Assembly: GCA_023898405.1 (NCBI GenBank)
Contig: CP060221.1
Coordinates: 2,322,481 to 2,386,480, forward strand
From: Myxococcales bacterium
GTDB lineage: Bacteria; Myxococcota; UBA727; JABDBI01
DNA: 64,000 nt
Reading direction: 5' to 3'
In this document: piece by piece, positions 20,112 through 29,379 of the stretch
How the letters are laid out: each line of letters starts with the position of its first letter
Numbering within the stretch: position 1 is the stretch's first letter
Translations under genes and position numbers: made by a program
Notes under the pieces: generated by a model
What the model saw: only the letters and a program-made list of their open reading frames with translations
Databases searched by the model: none
What the model was told of the DNA's origin: nothing

Positions 20112-20609
20112 TTATTTAGTTGGAGTTTTCTGTGGTGTCTGTGGAGGCCTCATATACATGTGTCCTCTTCCATGATGCATCATCCAATCTTGATTGTTTT
20201 GGTGCATTGGCATTGGAGCTGAATAGTTATGCATTGGATGTGGTTGAGGTAGTGTCTGGGGTTTTAAGGTTTTTGCAGGCTCATCGGGATCGGCAGATTG
20301 GTCTGGTTGATAACCATACATGTGCATGAAGGGCATGCTGCTTCCCATGTGATGCTGGTGCCAAGGCTCATTCATCATTAAGGGATGGGGAAAGTTCCAA
20401 GAGGAGCCTTCATCGTTCATGATGATAGAGTGTGAGCTTAAGAAGCTTAGGTAGCCAAGGCCCACAAAGGCGATGAGGGTAACTAAAAATCCTAGCACTT
20501 TTGCTAGAATAACACCGCGACCATGCGAGCGATAAGCCCAGATGCTGATCGATACTCCAAGAGTAAAAGTAATTAAACCTAAAAAAAATGCTGCGATAAT
20601 GGTAATCAT
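20112..20609 (-). CDS. Small membrane protein with a Met/His-rich C-terminal tail; a putative Cu/metal-binding protein.
   Basis: Two N-terminal TM helices. The tail is rich in HxxM/MxM/MH motifs (HQHHMGSSMPFMHMY, MPMHQNNQDWMMHHGRGHMYM). Confidence 0.45.
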   Translation of the reverse strand: MITIIAAFFLGLITFTLGVSISIWAYRSHGRGVILAKVLGFLVTLIAFVGLGYLSFLSSHSIIMNDEGSSWNFPHPLMMNEPWHQHHMGSSMPFMHMYGYQPDQSADPDEPAKTLKPQTLPQPHPMHNYSAPMPMHQNNQDWMMHHGRGHMYMRPPQTPQKTPTK

Positions 20610-20998
20610 ATGTATGTTCTTTTGAATTGATTAAAAAACTACGCTCGTTATCCTATTAAAAACCCAGATCTGAAACATTAAAAAATAGGATCATTTAGAC
20701 TGAATATTTCTAATTTATTGATTTAGAGACTGTTTTGAAAATAGTTTTTCGCTAACCAAAGAAAGCATTTTTTGACCACTATCACGTGTCATTACCTCTA
20801 TCCCCTGTCATCCACGCGCAGGTGGGGAAGCAAATAGAGGGTCATAGTTGCTCTTTTAGTTCAATGAGTGACACTTTTTTTAACTATGCAGCACTATCGG
20901 CTCTATTTCTATATTCAAAAAGAAACGGCTGACTTTATGTCGGAGGTAGCAATGACTTGTTTCATAGGAGTTATATGGCAAGCGAAGAAGTTATTTAC

Positions 20999-21150
20999 AT
21001 GGAATGATTTATATTTTCATTTTTACTAGACAGTTAGCTGTTTTTGCTGGATCCCCGCCTGCGCGGGGATGACAAGTGATAATAGTCAAAATGATGGGTG
21101 GTCGAGCACACCTTAGTTTGGTTAAACAAATCAAGGAGATTTTCAAAAGA
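20999..21150. repeat. Copy A of a ~150-bp dispersed repeat (MITE-like) containing the GC-rich palindrome GGATCCCCGCCTGCGCGGGGATGACAAG.
   Basis: Aligns at roughly 88% identity with 62461-62564 (inverted) and with 62596-62700 (direct). Confidence 0.55.
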
Positions 21151-21280
21151 CTAAGAATAACTGCCTGCTTATACTTAATTTTTATATTCATTTAGCAATT
21201 GCATATATTTTGCTAGCACGGCTTAACAACACCATTTTGATTTTCCAAACAGTCTTTTGAAGATTGTTTTGAAAATAGGG

Positions 21281-23923
21281 TTAACAGCCAGTATCGATTT
21301 CAAAACAATAAAGGTGTCTTGGTTGATTGCAATTTCCAACCCCGTAGTGAATCCAAACGGGACCAGCATAGTTTGAGCGTCCTCGATAGCCTCGATGGAA
21401 TTGTTTTGCAGATGTCCAGTTGTTGCAGTTATTGGATAGTTCAGCGGTACCATCAGGTTTGGTGCCGGTCCAAACGAAATTATTGCCCACATTATTGCCG
21501 AATTCGTCTACATTTATAGCTTGGTCTAAAACTCCATCAAAGAGATCAGCTTTGCTGTGTGCTATGACATTCGGTGGCCCACTGAGCATGACCCAGGCTT
21601 TATCGTTGCAGTTTATTAATCTGTCAAATGCATTAGAGGTGTCATCAGAGATAAGAGCTACCCAGGTACCTCCTAGTGAAGCAGCATCTGCTCTCGCTTG
21701 GCACAATGAATCAGCAGTGACAACTTCTAGTGTTGTTTCGCTGTTATTAAATTTTTTGGAGTTTCCAAAAGAACCGTCATAGGTTGTACTTGTAATAAAT
21801 ACATTGAGGGTTGATGGGGCACAATCATCATCAAATTCATCGATATTATCGTCGCAGTCATCGTCGATACCATTATCGCAGATTTCTACGCCAGGAGTAC
21901 CAGAGCAGACACCGCCACTGCATACATCGCCGCTCGTACATGTCATTCCATCATCGCAAGGAGAAGTATTATTGGGGTGAGTACAATTGCCGAGTTGGCA
22001 GTAGTCATCAGTGCAAACGTTGGTGTCAGCAGTGCAAGGAGTGCCATTAGTTAGAGGAGTGAATTGGCAACTACCCAAGAAACACGCACCTGTGGTGCAT
22101 TCATTGCCATCATCACAAATTATGGCGGTACTGTTACATATTCCTGCGCTGCACAAATCATTGGTGCATGCATCGCCGTCGGAGCAAATATTGCTATCGT
22201 CATTTGTGCTGAGACATGACCCTGCACTGCATGCATCGTCGGTGCAATCATTGCCATCAGAACAGGTATTGCTATCGTTGTTAGTAGCATTGCACAGCGT
22301 GGCGAGGCATGTGTTATCGGTGCAAGGATTTCCATCGTCTTGACACGTAGTTCCTGTAGGGCAATCGAGAGTATCAAGACAATCGACTAACAAGTCTCCG
22401 TCGTTATCTACGCCATCATCGCAGATTTCTCCGCCGCAATCGGGGTCAAGTCCATCGATTAAACCATCGCAATCATCATCTATGCCGTTAGCGCAATTTT
22501 CTATTCCTGGTGTTCCCGCACAAACACCATCGGTACAAATATCGCTTGATGTACAGGCCTGGCCATCATCACAAGAAGTTCCATTGGAGACATTGGTTGA
22601 TTGGCAGGTTCCTGTTATCAAACATATGTCAGTAGTGCACTGATTAGAATCAGTGCATAGATTGGCATCGTTACCTTGATTTACGCAAAAACCTGTTGAT
22701 GGATCGCATGTGTCGTCTGTGCAGCTTTCACTATCGTTACAATCTATTGCCACAGCTCCAAGGCAAGATCCTGCACTGCAACTTTCACCGGTGGTGCAGA
22801 GGTCGCCGTCTTCACAACTTTGTGCATCGCAATCTGGGTCTTCACAATCTATGAGTCCGTCAAAATCATTGTCGATCAAATCGCTGCAGTTAGTTTCATC
22901 GAGATAGCAATCCCCTCCACAAACACATCCGGTAGGGACAGGAGTAGCACCATCACATTCTTCATAAGGGCGATTAAAAGCCAAACCATCGAGGCCATCC
23001 TGCACGAGTGTTGCAGGGAGCTTTATAAATGAAAACTCTCCAGTTGTTGTATTAAAAGTGCCGAGATAATTCTCTGAAGGAGAGGACATACCTGAAGCTT
23101 TATTGTTGATGGAAGCATAAATAATACCCGTTAAAAAATCAGCTTCCAGGCCATTGGTACGTGGACGGTTATTGGCAGGGTCAAAGAAAATCAAATCGGT
23201 TATGGGGGTAGCCATTCCTGTTGAGGTATCAAGTTTCGAGAGCTTAAAATTACCGGCTTGATAAAGAGGTTGAGATGGGTAGGTAGGAAACTCGGCAAAA
23301 GTAAGGCCATTGCCTATTTCAGCTTGGGCAAAATTGGGATCACCAACTTCGGTATAAGCGCCAGTGCTGACATTTATTGTACCGAGCCTGTCTTCGTTAA
23401 CACTGTTTTGTGGACTTTGTTTTTTATAAACGAATAATTGCCCGTATTGATTAAAGCTCATATCAGTCAGAGCGGTGCCTGTTGCTAAAGCCACTCCAGT
23501 TTGTCCAATCACGGTGGCTTGCGCAGTTTGGCAATCGATGGTCATTAGAATACTTTTGTTATTGTAGGGATTTTGTGTACCAGTACCGAGAGCATAGAGC
23601 ACGCCTTCAGGAGAAAAATCGAGACTTGTAACCCTTCGAATCTGCATTCCTGTGCCGCTTTGGGCTATAGCTCCAATATCGATTACTTGTCCATCATAGG
23701 CATTGACTGCATAGAGATGGCTTTGAGTCTGTGGGTTGATAGAGTCAGTCGCATAGAGTTTGTATGGGCAATTAGGGTTCATAAAGTTGTAGGGCAATAC
23801 TTCTTGAATTCCGTTGCCGCAGCCGCAAACCTGAGCAGATTCACCTTCATCTGATTTCTTTGCGTTAAGTGCAGAGGCAAAAGTAATCGATAATAAAAAT
23901 AGTGCTACAAAAAAACGCATCAC
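21281..23923 (-). CDS. Secreted cysteine-rich repeat protein, 880 aa, paralog 1. Beta-propeller-like N-terminal region, MopE-like metal-binding motifs, Myxococcus-type Cys repeats, C-terminal C-type-lectin-like (DUF1554-like) domain.
   Basis: Signal peptide MMRFFVALFLLSITFASALNA. Four CxxG(I/V)D(N/D)DCDGxxD motifs. About 10 repeats of the C(T/S)DDxC...G.C type. C-terminal WIHYG...C...LYCFE lectin-fold pattern. Confidence 0.7.
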   Translation of the reverse strand: MMRFFVALFLLSITFASALNAKKSDEGESAQVCGCGNGIQEVLPYNFMNPNCPYKLYATDSINPQTQSHLYAVNAYDGQVIDIGAIAQSGTGMQIRRVTSLDFSPEGVLYALGTGTQNPYNNKSILMTIDCQTAQATVIGQTGVALATGTALTDMSFNQYGQLFVYKKQSPQNSVNEDRLGTINVSTGAYTEVGDPNFAQAEIGNGLTFAEFPTYPSQPLYQAGNFKLSKLDTSTGMATPITDLIFFDPANNRPRTNGLEADFLTGIIYASINNKASGMSSPSENYLGTFNTTTGEFSFIKLPATLVQDGLDGLAFNRPYEECDGATPVPTGCVCGGDCYLDETNCSDLIDNDFDGLIDCEDPDCDAQSCEDGDLCTTGESCSAGSCLGAVAIDCNDSESCTDDTCDPSTGFCVNQGNDANLCTDSNQCTTDICLITGTCQSTNVSNGTSCDDGQACTSSDICTDGVCAGTPGIENCANGIDDDCDGLIDGLDPDCGGEICDDGVDNDGDLLVDCLDTLDCPTGTTCQDDGNPCTDNTCLATLCNATNNDSNTCSDGNDCTDDACSAGSCLSTNDDSNICSDGDACTNDLCSAGICNSTAIICDDGNECTTGACFLGSCQFTPLTNGTPCTADTNVCTDDYCQLGNCTHPNNTSPCDDGMTCTSGDVCSGGVCSGTPGVEICDNGIDDDCDDNIDEFDDDCAPSTLNVFITSTTYDGSFGNSKKFNNSETTLEVVTADSLCQARADAASLGGTWVALISDDTSNAFDRLINCNDKAWVMLSGPPNVIAHSKADLFDGVLDQAINVDEFGNNVGNNFVWTGTKPDGTAELSNNCNNWTSAKQFHRGYRGRSNYAGPVWIHYGVGNCNQPRHLYCFEIDTGC

Positions 23924-24094
23924 GATTTGCTCTTTATGTTTTATGTGACTGTCTTATGGTACAAATTTTATTGTGATAATTCTAAAAAATAGTTTTGTTT
24001 TAAAGATTTTTTATTTTTATTAGCATATATCGATTAAATTACGTGTTTAATCATCGTTAGTGCTGTCTGAATTTTATGTTGAAATATTGTTTTT

Positions 24095-26701
24095 CTAACA
24101 GCCAGTATCGATTTCAAAGCAATAGAGGTGTCTTGTTTGATTGCAGTTATTCGAGCCGTAATGGATCCAGTAATTATCAGTATAGAACGAGCGCCCTAAG
24201 TAACCCCTTTGAGTGTTACTCCCTGAGCTCCAATTGTTACAGTTAAAAGATGGCTCAAACGTGCCATCGATTTTTGTTCCGGTCCAAACGAAATTATTGC
24301 CCACATTATTGCCGAATTCGTCTACATTTATAGCTTGGTCTAAAACTCCATCAAAGAGATCAGCTTTGCTGTGAGCTATTATATTGGGTGGGCCGCTCAG
24401 TAAAATCCATGACTTATCGTTACAATTGAGCACTCGATCAAAAGCATTGGAAGTATTATCAGATATCATTGCTACCCATGTTCCACCCAAAGATTGTGAA
24501 TCAGCTCGTGCTTGGCATAAGCCATCTGCCCCTGAGACTCCACCTAAGTTTCCATTATAGCTTGTACTGGAAACAAATACCCTTAGGTTTTCTGCAAAGC
24601 AATCATCATCAAATTCATCGATATTATCGTCGCAGTCATCGTCGATACCATTATCGCAGATTTCTACGCCAGGAGTACCAGAGCAGACACCGCCACTGCA
24701 TACATCGCCGCTCGTACATGTCATTCCATCATCGCAAGGAGAAGTATTATTGGGGTGAGTACAATTGCCGAGTTGGCAGTAGTCATCAGTGCAAACGTTG
24801 GTGTCAGCAGTGCAAGGAGTGCCATTAGTTAGAGGAGTGAATTGGCAACTACCCAAGAAGCACGCACCTATGGTGCATTCATTGCCATCATCACAAATTA
24901 TGGCGGTACTGTTACATATTCCTGTGCTGCACAAATCATTGGTGCATGCATCGCCGTCGGAGCAAATATTGCTATCGTCATTTGTGCTGAGACATGACCC
25001 TGCACTGCATGCATCGTCGGTGCAATCATTGCCATCAGAACAGGTATTGCTATCGTTGTTAGTAGCATTGCACAGCGTGGCGAGGCATGTGTTATCGGTG
25101 CAAGGATTTCCATCGTCTTGACACGTAGTTCCTGTAGGGCAATCGAGAGTATCAAGACAATCGACTAACAAGTCTCCGTCGTTATCTACGCCATCATCGC
25201 AGATTTCTCCGCCGCAATCGGGGTCAAGTCCATCGATTAAACCATCGCAATCATCATCTATGCCGTTAGCGCAATTTTCTATTCCTGGTGTTCCCGCACA
25301 AACACCATCGGTACAAATATCGCTTGATGTACAGGCCTGGCCATCATCACAAGAAGTTCCATTGGAGACATTGGTTGATTGGCAGGTTCCTGTTATCAAA
25401 CATATGTCAGTAGTGCACTGATTAGAATCAGTGCATAGATTGGCATCGTTACCTTGATTTACGCAAAAACCTGTTGATGGATCGCATGTGTCGTCTGTGC
25501 AGCTTTCACTATCGTTACAATCTATTGCCACAGCTCCAAGGCAAGATCCTGCACTGCAACTTTCACCGGTGGTGCAGAGGTCGCCGTCTTCACAACTTTG
25601 TGCATCGCAATCTGGGTCTTCACAATCTATGAGTCCGTCAAAATCATTGTCGATCAAATCGCTGCAGTTAGTTTCATCGAGATAGCAATCCCCTCCACAA
25701 ACACATCCGGTAGGGACAGGAGTAGCACCATCACATTCTTCATAAGGGCGATTAAAAGCCAAACCATCGAGGCCATCCTGCACGAGTGTTGCAGGGAGCT
25801 TTATAAATGAAAACTCTCCAGTTGTTGTATTAAAAGTGCCGAGATAATTCTCTGAAGGAGAGGACATACCTGAAGCTTTATTGTTGATGGAAGCATAAAT
25901 AATACCCGTTAAAAAATCAGCTTCCAGGCCATTGGTACGTGGACGGTTATTGGCAGGGTCAAAGAAAATCAAATCGGTTATGGGGGTAGCCATTCCTGTT
26001 GAGGTATCAAGTTTCGAGAGCTTAAAATTACCGGCTTGATAAAGAGGTTGAGATGGGTAGGTAGGAAACTCGGCAAAAGTAAGGCCATTGCCTATTTCAG
26101 CTTGGGCAAAATTGGGATCACCAACTTCGGTATAAGCGCCAGTGCTGACATTTATTGTACCGAGCCTGTCTTCGTTAACACTGTTTTGTGGACTTTGTTT
26201 TTTATAAACGAATAATTGCCCGTATTGATTAAAGCTCATATCAGTCAGAGCGGTGCCTGTTGCTAAAGCCACTCCAGTTTGTCCAATCACGGTGGCTTGC
26301 GCAGTTTGGCAATCGATGGTCATTAGAATACTTTTGTTATTGTAGGGATTTTGTGTACCAGTACCGAGAGCATAGAGCACGCCTTCAGGAGAAAAATCGA
26401 GACTTGTAACCCTTAGAATAGGCATAGCGGTACCTGTTTCTGCTATAGCTCCAATATCGATCATTTGCCCATCGTAAGTATTGACAGCAAAGAGGTGACT
26501 TTGACTCAGTGGGTTAATAGTATTTGTTGCATAGAGTTTGTATGGGCAATTAGGGTTCATAAAGTTGTAGGGCAATACTTCTTGAATTCCGTTGCCGCAG
26601 CCGCAAACCTGAGCAGATTCACCTTCATCTGATTTCTTTGCGTTAAGTGCAGAGGCAAAAGTAATCGATAATAAAAATAGTGCTACCAAAAAACGCATCA
26701 C
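24095..26701 (-). CDS. Secreted cysteine-rich repeat protein, 868 aa, paralog 2. Same architecture as paralog 1 but with a divergent N-terminal patch and a divergent C-terminal lectin-like domain.
   Basis: As for paralog 1. C-terminal domain is about 65% identical to paralog 1 (my by-eye estimate from the two C-terminal sequences). The central ~600 aa are identical. Confidence 0.7.
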   Translation of the reverse strand: MMRFLVALFLLSITFASALNAKKSDEGESAQVCGCGNGIQEVLPYNFMNPNCPYKLYATNTINPLSQSHLFAVNTYDGQMIDIGAIAETGTAMPILRVTSLDFSPEGVLYALGTGTQNPYNNKSILMTIDCQTAQATVIGQTGVALATGTALTDMSFNQYGQLFVYKKQSPQNSVNEDRLGTINVSTGAYTEVGDPNFAQAEIGNGLTFAEFPTYPSQPLYQAGNFKLSKLDTSTGMATPITDLIFFDPANNRPRTNGLEADFLTGIIYASINNKASGMSSPSENYLGTFNTTTGEFSFIKLPATLVQDGLDGLAFNRPYEECDGATPVPTGCVCGGDCYLDETNCSDLIDNDFDGLIDCEDPDCDAQSCEDGDLCTTGESCSAGSCLGAVAIDCNDSESCTDDTCDPSTGFCVNQGNDANLCTDSNQCTTDICLITGTCQSTNVSNGTSCDDGQACTSSDICTDGVCAGTPGIENCANGIDDDCDGLIDGLDPDCGGEICDDGVDNDGDLLVDCLDTLDCPTGTTCQDDGNPCTDNTCLATLCNATNNDSNTCSDGNDCTDDACSAGSCLSTNDDSNICSDGDACTNDLCSTGICNSTAIICDDGNECTIGACFLGSCQFTPLTNGTPCTADTNVCTDDYCQLGNCTHPNNTSPCDDGMTCTSGDVCSGGVCSGTPGVEICDNGIDDDCDDNIDEFDDDCFAENLRVFVSSTSYNGNLGGVSGADGLCQARADSQSLGGTWVAMISDNTSNAFDRVLNCNDKSWILLSGPPNIIAHSKADLFDGVLDQAINVDEFGNNVGNNFVWTGTKIDGTFEPSFNCNNWSSGSNTQRGYLGRSFYTDNYWIHYGSNNCNQTRHLYCFEIDTGC

Positions 26702-26886
26702 GATTTGCTCTTTATGTTTTATGTGACTGTCTTATGATACCAATTTTATTGTGATAATTCTAAAAATATGAACTTACACTGGTTTTAAAAGATAAAAAAT
26801 AAAACCCTTTTTGTTTAAAATTACTCCAGTGATTTTAAATAAATAACTGCAATAAAGAAAAAAGGGTTTTTATGGGCACTGTAGAA

Positions 26887-29379
26887 TCACAACATTTCTG
26901 AATTTGTTATTTTTTCTTTCTTTGAAGGGACGGCTAAATCATGCTCAGACTTATTTGAGCGATGCCGTTCGCGCATGTAATTAAAGTGTTTGAGTGTTTC
27001 CAATGTTCGAGCCTTAATGGATTGTGGACTACCATCCCATGCGATTCCTGTTAAAGCTTCCATAGCATCAGATACGGTATCAACGGCTATAATATTAAAT
27101 TTGCCGGCCTTAGCACTTTTTAGAATTTCATCGCTTACCATCAAATCCGAGACATTTTGAGAAGGAATAATTACACCATGAATCTCTTGGCTTTGTTTTT
27201 CTTGGCATACTTTAAAGAAGCCTTCTATCTTTTGATTGACTCCTCCGACAGCTTGAACATGGCCCATCTGATCGATAGCACCCGTCATAGCAAAACGCTG
27301 TTCTATAGGGATTTGCGATAGGGCAGAGAGTAGGGTGCATGCCTCTGCCATTGAGGCAGAGTCTCCATCCACGTCACTATAGGTTTGTTCCATACAAAGG
27401 GTTGCTGAAAAGGCGAAAGGTAGCGAACGACCAAAAAGGCTTGCAAGTAAGCCTCGAATAATGAGACGGCCTTTGGAGTGAAAGGTACCTCCTTGTTCTG
27501 CTTCTCGCTCAATATCAATAATTTCACCTTTGCCGCAACCAGTCTGGCACGTAACCCTCAGAGGAATGCCAAATTCATAGGTACCGACTTCAACTACGGT
27601 AAGAGCATTAGCTTGACCAACAACGCTCCCCGAAGTTTGGATCATAAGTTTGCCATTTTTAACTTCATCGAGAATTTGCGTTTCTACAAAACCTTCTCGT
27701 TCACATCGAGCTCTTAATGCGTTCTGAATATGTTGGGGTTCAATTTTTTTAGACTTGTCTTTACGGGCCCAAAAATTTGATTCTCTCAGTAAATCAGCAA
27801 TTTCCCCTAGTCGACATGTAATTTTGTTTTTATTTCCTGAGAGACGTATGGCATGCTCCATAACACTTCCTGCGCCCTCTGGACTGAGTTTGAGTAAGGA
27901 CTCCTCGCTGCAGAGTGCATTGATGAATGAAATATAGCGCTCGAGATTATCTTTGGAACGATCAACTTCCAAATCAAAATCGGCCTTAACCTTGAATAGA
28001 ACTTGAAAATCAGGATCATTACGAGCAAGGGCGTAATATATTTCTGGGGTACCAATCAAAATAATTTTGAGGTGCAAGGGAACTGGCTCGGGACGCAAGG
28101 ATGCAAGAGAGACCATTCGACCAGGCTCACCAGGATCATCAAGTTCAATTTCACGATTTTTAAGTGCTCTTTTGAGGCCTTCCCAGGCTCCAGGATCTCG
28201 TAACAGTTCTTGGGCCTCAAGAATAAGAAATCCTCCATTGGCTCGGTAAAGTGCGCCGGCTCTGATACGTGTGTAGTCTGTGATGGTTTCGCCAGCACGA
28301 ATTCTTTGCTCGATGCGGCCAATGATGTTTGAAGCTGTAGGATGAGTTTCGAAAACGACTGGAGCCCCAGCATCTTTTGCATGAGATACAAGCACATTGA
28401 CCCGATAACGCAGCCAAAGTGGCTCATCGTATTCATTGTCATCATCTTCATCAAGATTTTTTTTCCTAAGTTGCCCTGCAGAAATTCCTTCGTGATTTTC
28501 AGGCTGCAGGTTTTTATCTTCATGAATAAATCGACGGATTCGATTCAGTATATCGTCTTCTATCAGGTTCAGATGATTTACAATCCGTTTGTGTGCTTTC
28601 CAGGTTGATCGTGTAGTTTCAAAAATACCCTCGATAGCTTGCCTTGCAGTTTCTCTTTCTAGTTCCTCATAGGCATCCTCGCCTTCTTTTTCAGCCAATC
28701 GTACTTTGCGCATGGATTCTTCCAATTTGGCTTCTAATTTTTCGGCTGACATTTCTAATTTTTGTTTTTCTTTGTTGCTGAGTTTATCAAATTCATCCTC
28801 AGTCAGAGCATCACCCTTTTTATTGGCGGGGGTCAGGGTAATGGCTGCGCCGCTATGAGAGAGCACAAAAGAATTTTGTGAAGCTTCTTCTTCTATTTCT
28901 CTAAGTGCAAGGTCTGTTCTTTCTCTGCACTCATCTTGAATAACCTGCCGAGATAACAGATAGCTGTCAGCTTCAAATGCTTTTTCTAGATGAATGATAA
29001 CTTTCTCAATTAATGTTTCGTAACTTTTTTTGAGTTTAGGCCCTAGAGATGGAGGGAGCAAAACAGAAAGTGGCCGATCTTTGTCTGTGAAATTATAGAG
29101 AAGTACCACATCTTGCGGGGTAATTTCTTTTTTAGATCTATCGCTCAGCAGCCTTTCAATTGTTGAAGTGCGCCCTGTACCTGAAGCTCCCACCACAAAA
29201 ATATTGTAGCCGCGCTGTTTGATGCCAAGGCCAAGTTCCAAGGCAGACATTGCACGATCTTGTGCCACAGCACCAATACGCCCAGTTTTTTTGCTTCGAC
29301 GCTGTTCAAGAATGTGCCGAGCCCCAGCAAAATCTGAAAAGCGCCAACGTAGTTCTTCAAGTGGTAAATAATGAATCAC
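26887..29379 (-). CDS. Lon-related ATP-dependent protease (AAA+ ATPase domain plus C-terminal S16 Lon proteolytic domain).
   Basis: Walker A GASGTGRTS. C-terminal Lon S16 signature (GDSASMAEACTLLSAL...GAIDQMG..AVGGVNQKIEGFFKVC) with a Ser-Lys dyad. Confidence 0.7.
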   Translation of the reverse strand: MIHYLPLEELRWRFSDFAGARHILEQRRSKKTGRIGAVAQDRAMSALELGLGIKQRGYNIFVVGASGTGRTSTIERLLSDRSKKEITPQDVVLLYNFTDKDRPLSVLLPPSLGPKLKKSYETLIEKVIIHLEKAFEADSYLLSRQVIQDECRERTDLALREIEEEASQNSFVLSHSGAAITLTPANKKGDALTEDEFDKLSNKEKQKLEMSAEKLEAKLEESMRKVRLAEKEGEDAYEELERETARQAIEGIFETTRSTWKAHKRIVNHLNLIEDDILNRIRRFIHEDKNLQPENHEGISAGQLRKKNLDEDDDNEYDEPLWLRYRVNVLVSHAKDAGAPVVFETHPTASNIIGRIEQRIRAGETITDYTRIRAGALYRANGGFLILEAQELLRDPGAWEGLKRALKNREIELDDPGEPGRMVSLASLRPEPVPLHLKIILIGTPEIYYALARNDPDFQVLFKVKADFDLEVDRSKDNLERYISFINALCSEESLLKLSPEGAGSVMEHAIRLSGNKNKITCRLGEIADLLRESNFWARKDKSKKIEPQHIQNALRARCEREGFVETQILDEVKNGKLMIQTSGSVVGQANALTVVEVGTYEFGIPLRVTCQTGCGKGEIIDIEREAEQGGTFHSKGRLIIRGLLASLFGRSLPFAFSATLCMEQTYSDVDGDSASMAEACTLLSALSQIPIEQRFAMTGAIDQMGHVQAVGGVNQKIEGFFKVCQEKQSQEIHGVIIPSQNVSDLMVSDEILKSAKAGKFNIIAVDTVSDAMEALTGIAWDGSPQSIKARTLETLKHFNYMRERHRSNKSEHDLAVPSKKEKITNSEML

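Larger units (their letters stand above)
21281..26768. repeat. Tandem duplication of a ~2.75-kb unit (gene plus promoter). Blocks 21822-23636 vs 24600-26414 (1815 bp) and 23751-23990 vs 26529-26768 are essentially identical. Flanking segments are divergent.
   Basis: Direct comparison of the two copies. The same spurious internal ORFs recur in the track with 1-2 aa differences. Confidence 0.9.

Noticed and set aside
21319-25810. Many 60-120-aa ORFs inside the two adhesin genes on both strands, duplicated between the copies.
   Set aside because: They are artefacts of the Cys/Asp-codon-rich repeat sequence (GC-skewed codons). Their appearance in both copies only reflects the nucleotide duplication.
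29145-29360. Small ORFs nested in the Lon-like gene (several in both strands, 27303-28608).
   Set aside because: Embedded within a long, motif-supported CDS. No independent evidence.
26887-29379. Interpreting the Lon-like protease as BrxL of a BREX phage-defence system.
   Set aside because: No brxA/B/C, pglX or pglZ genes are nearby. Flanking genes are coaE and the adhesins. Without partners the BREX call is unsupported.
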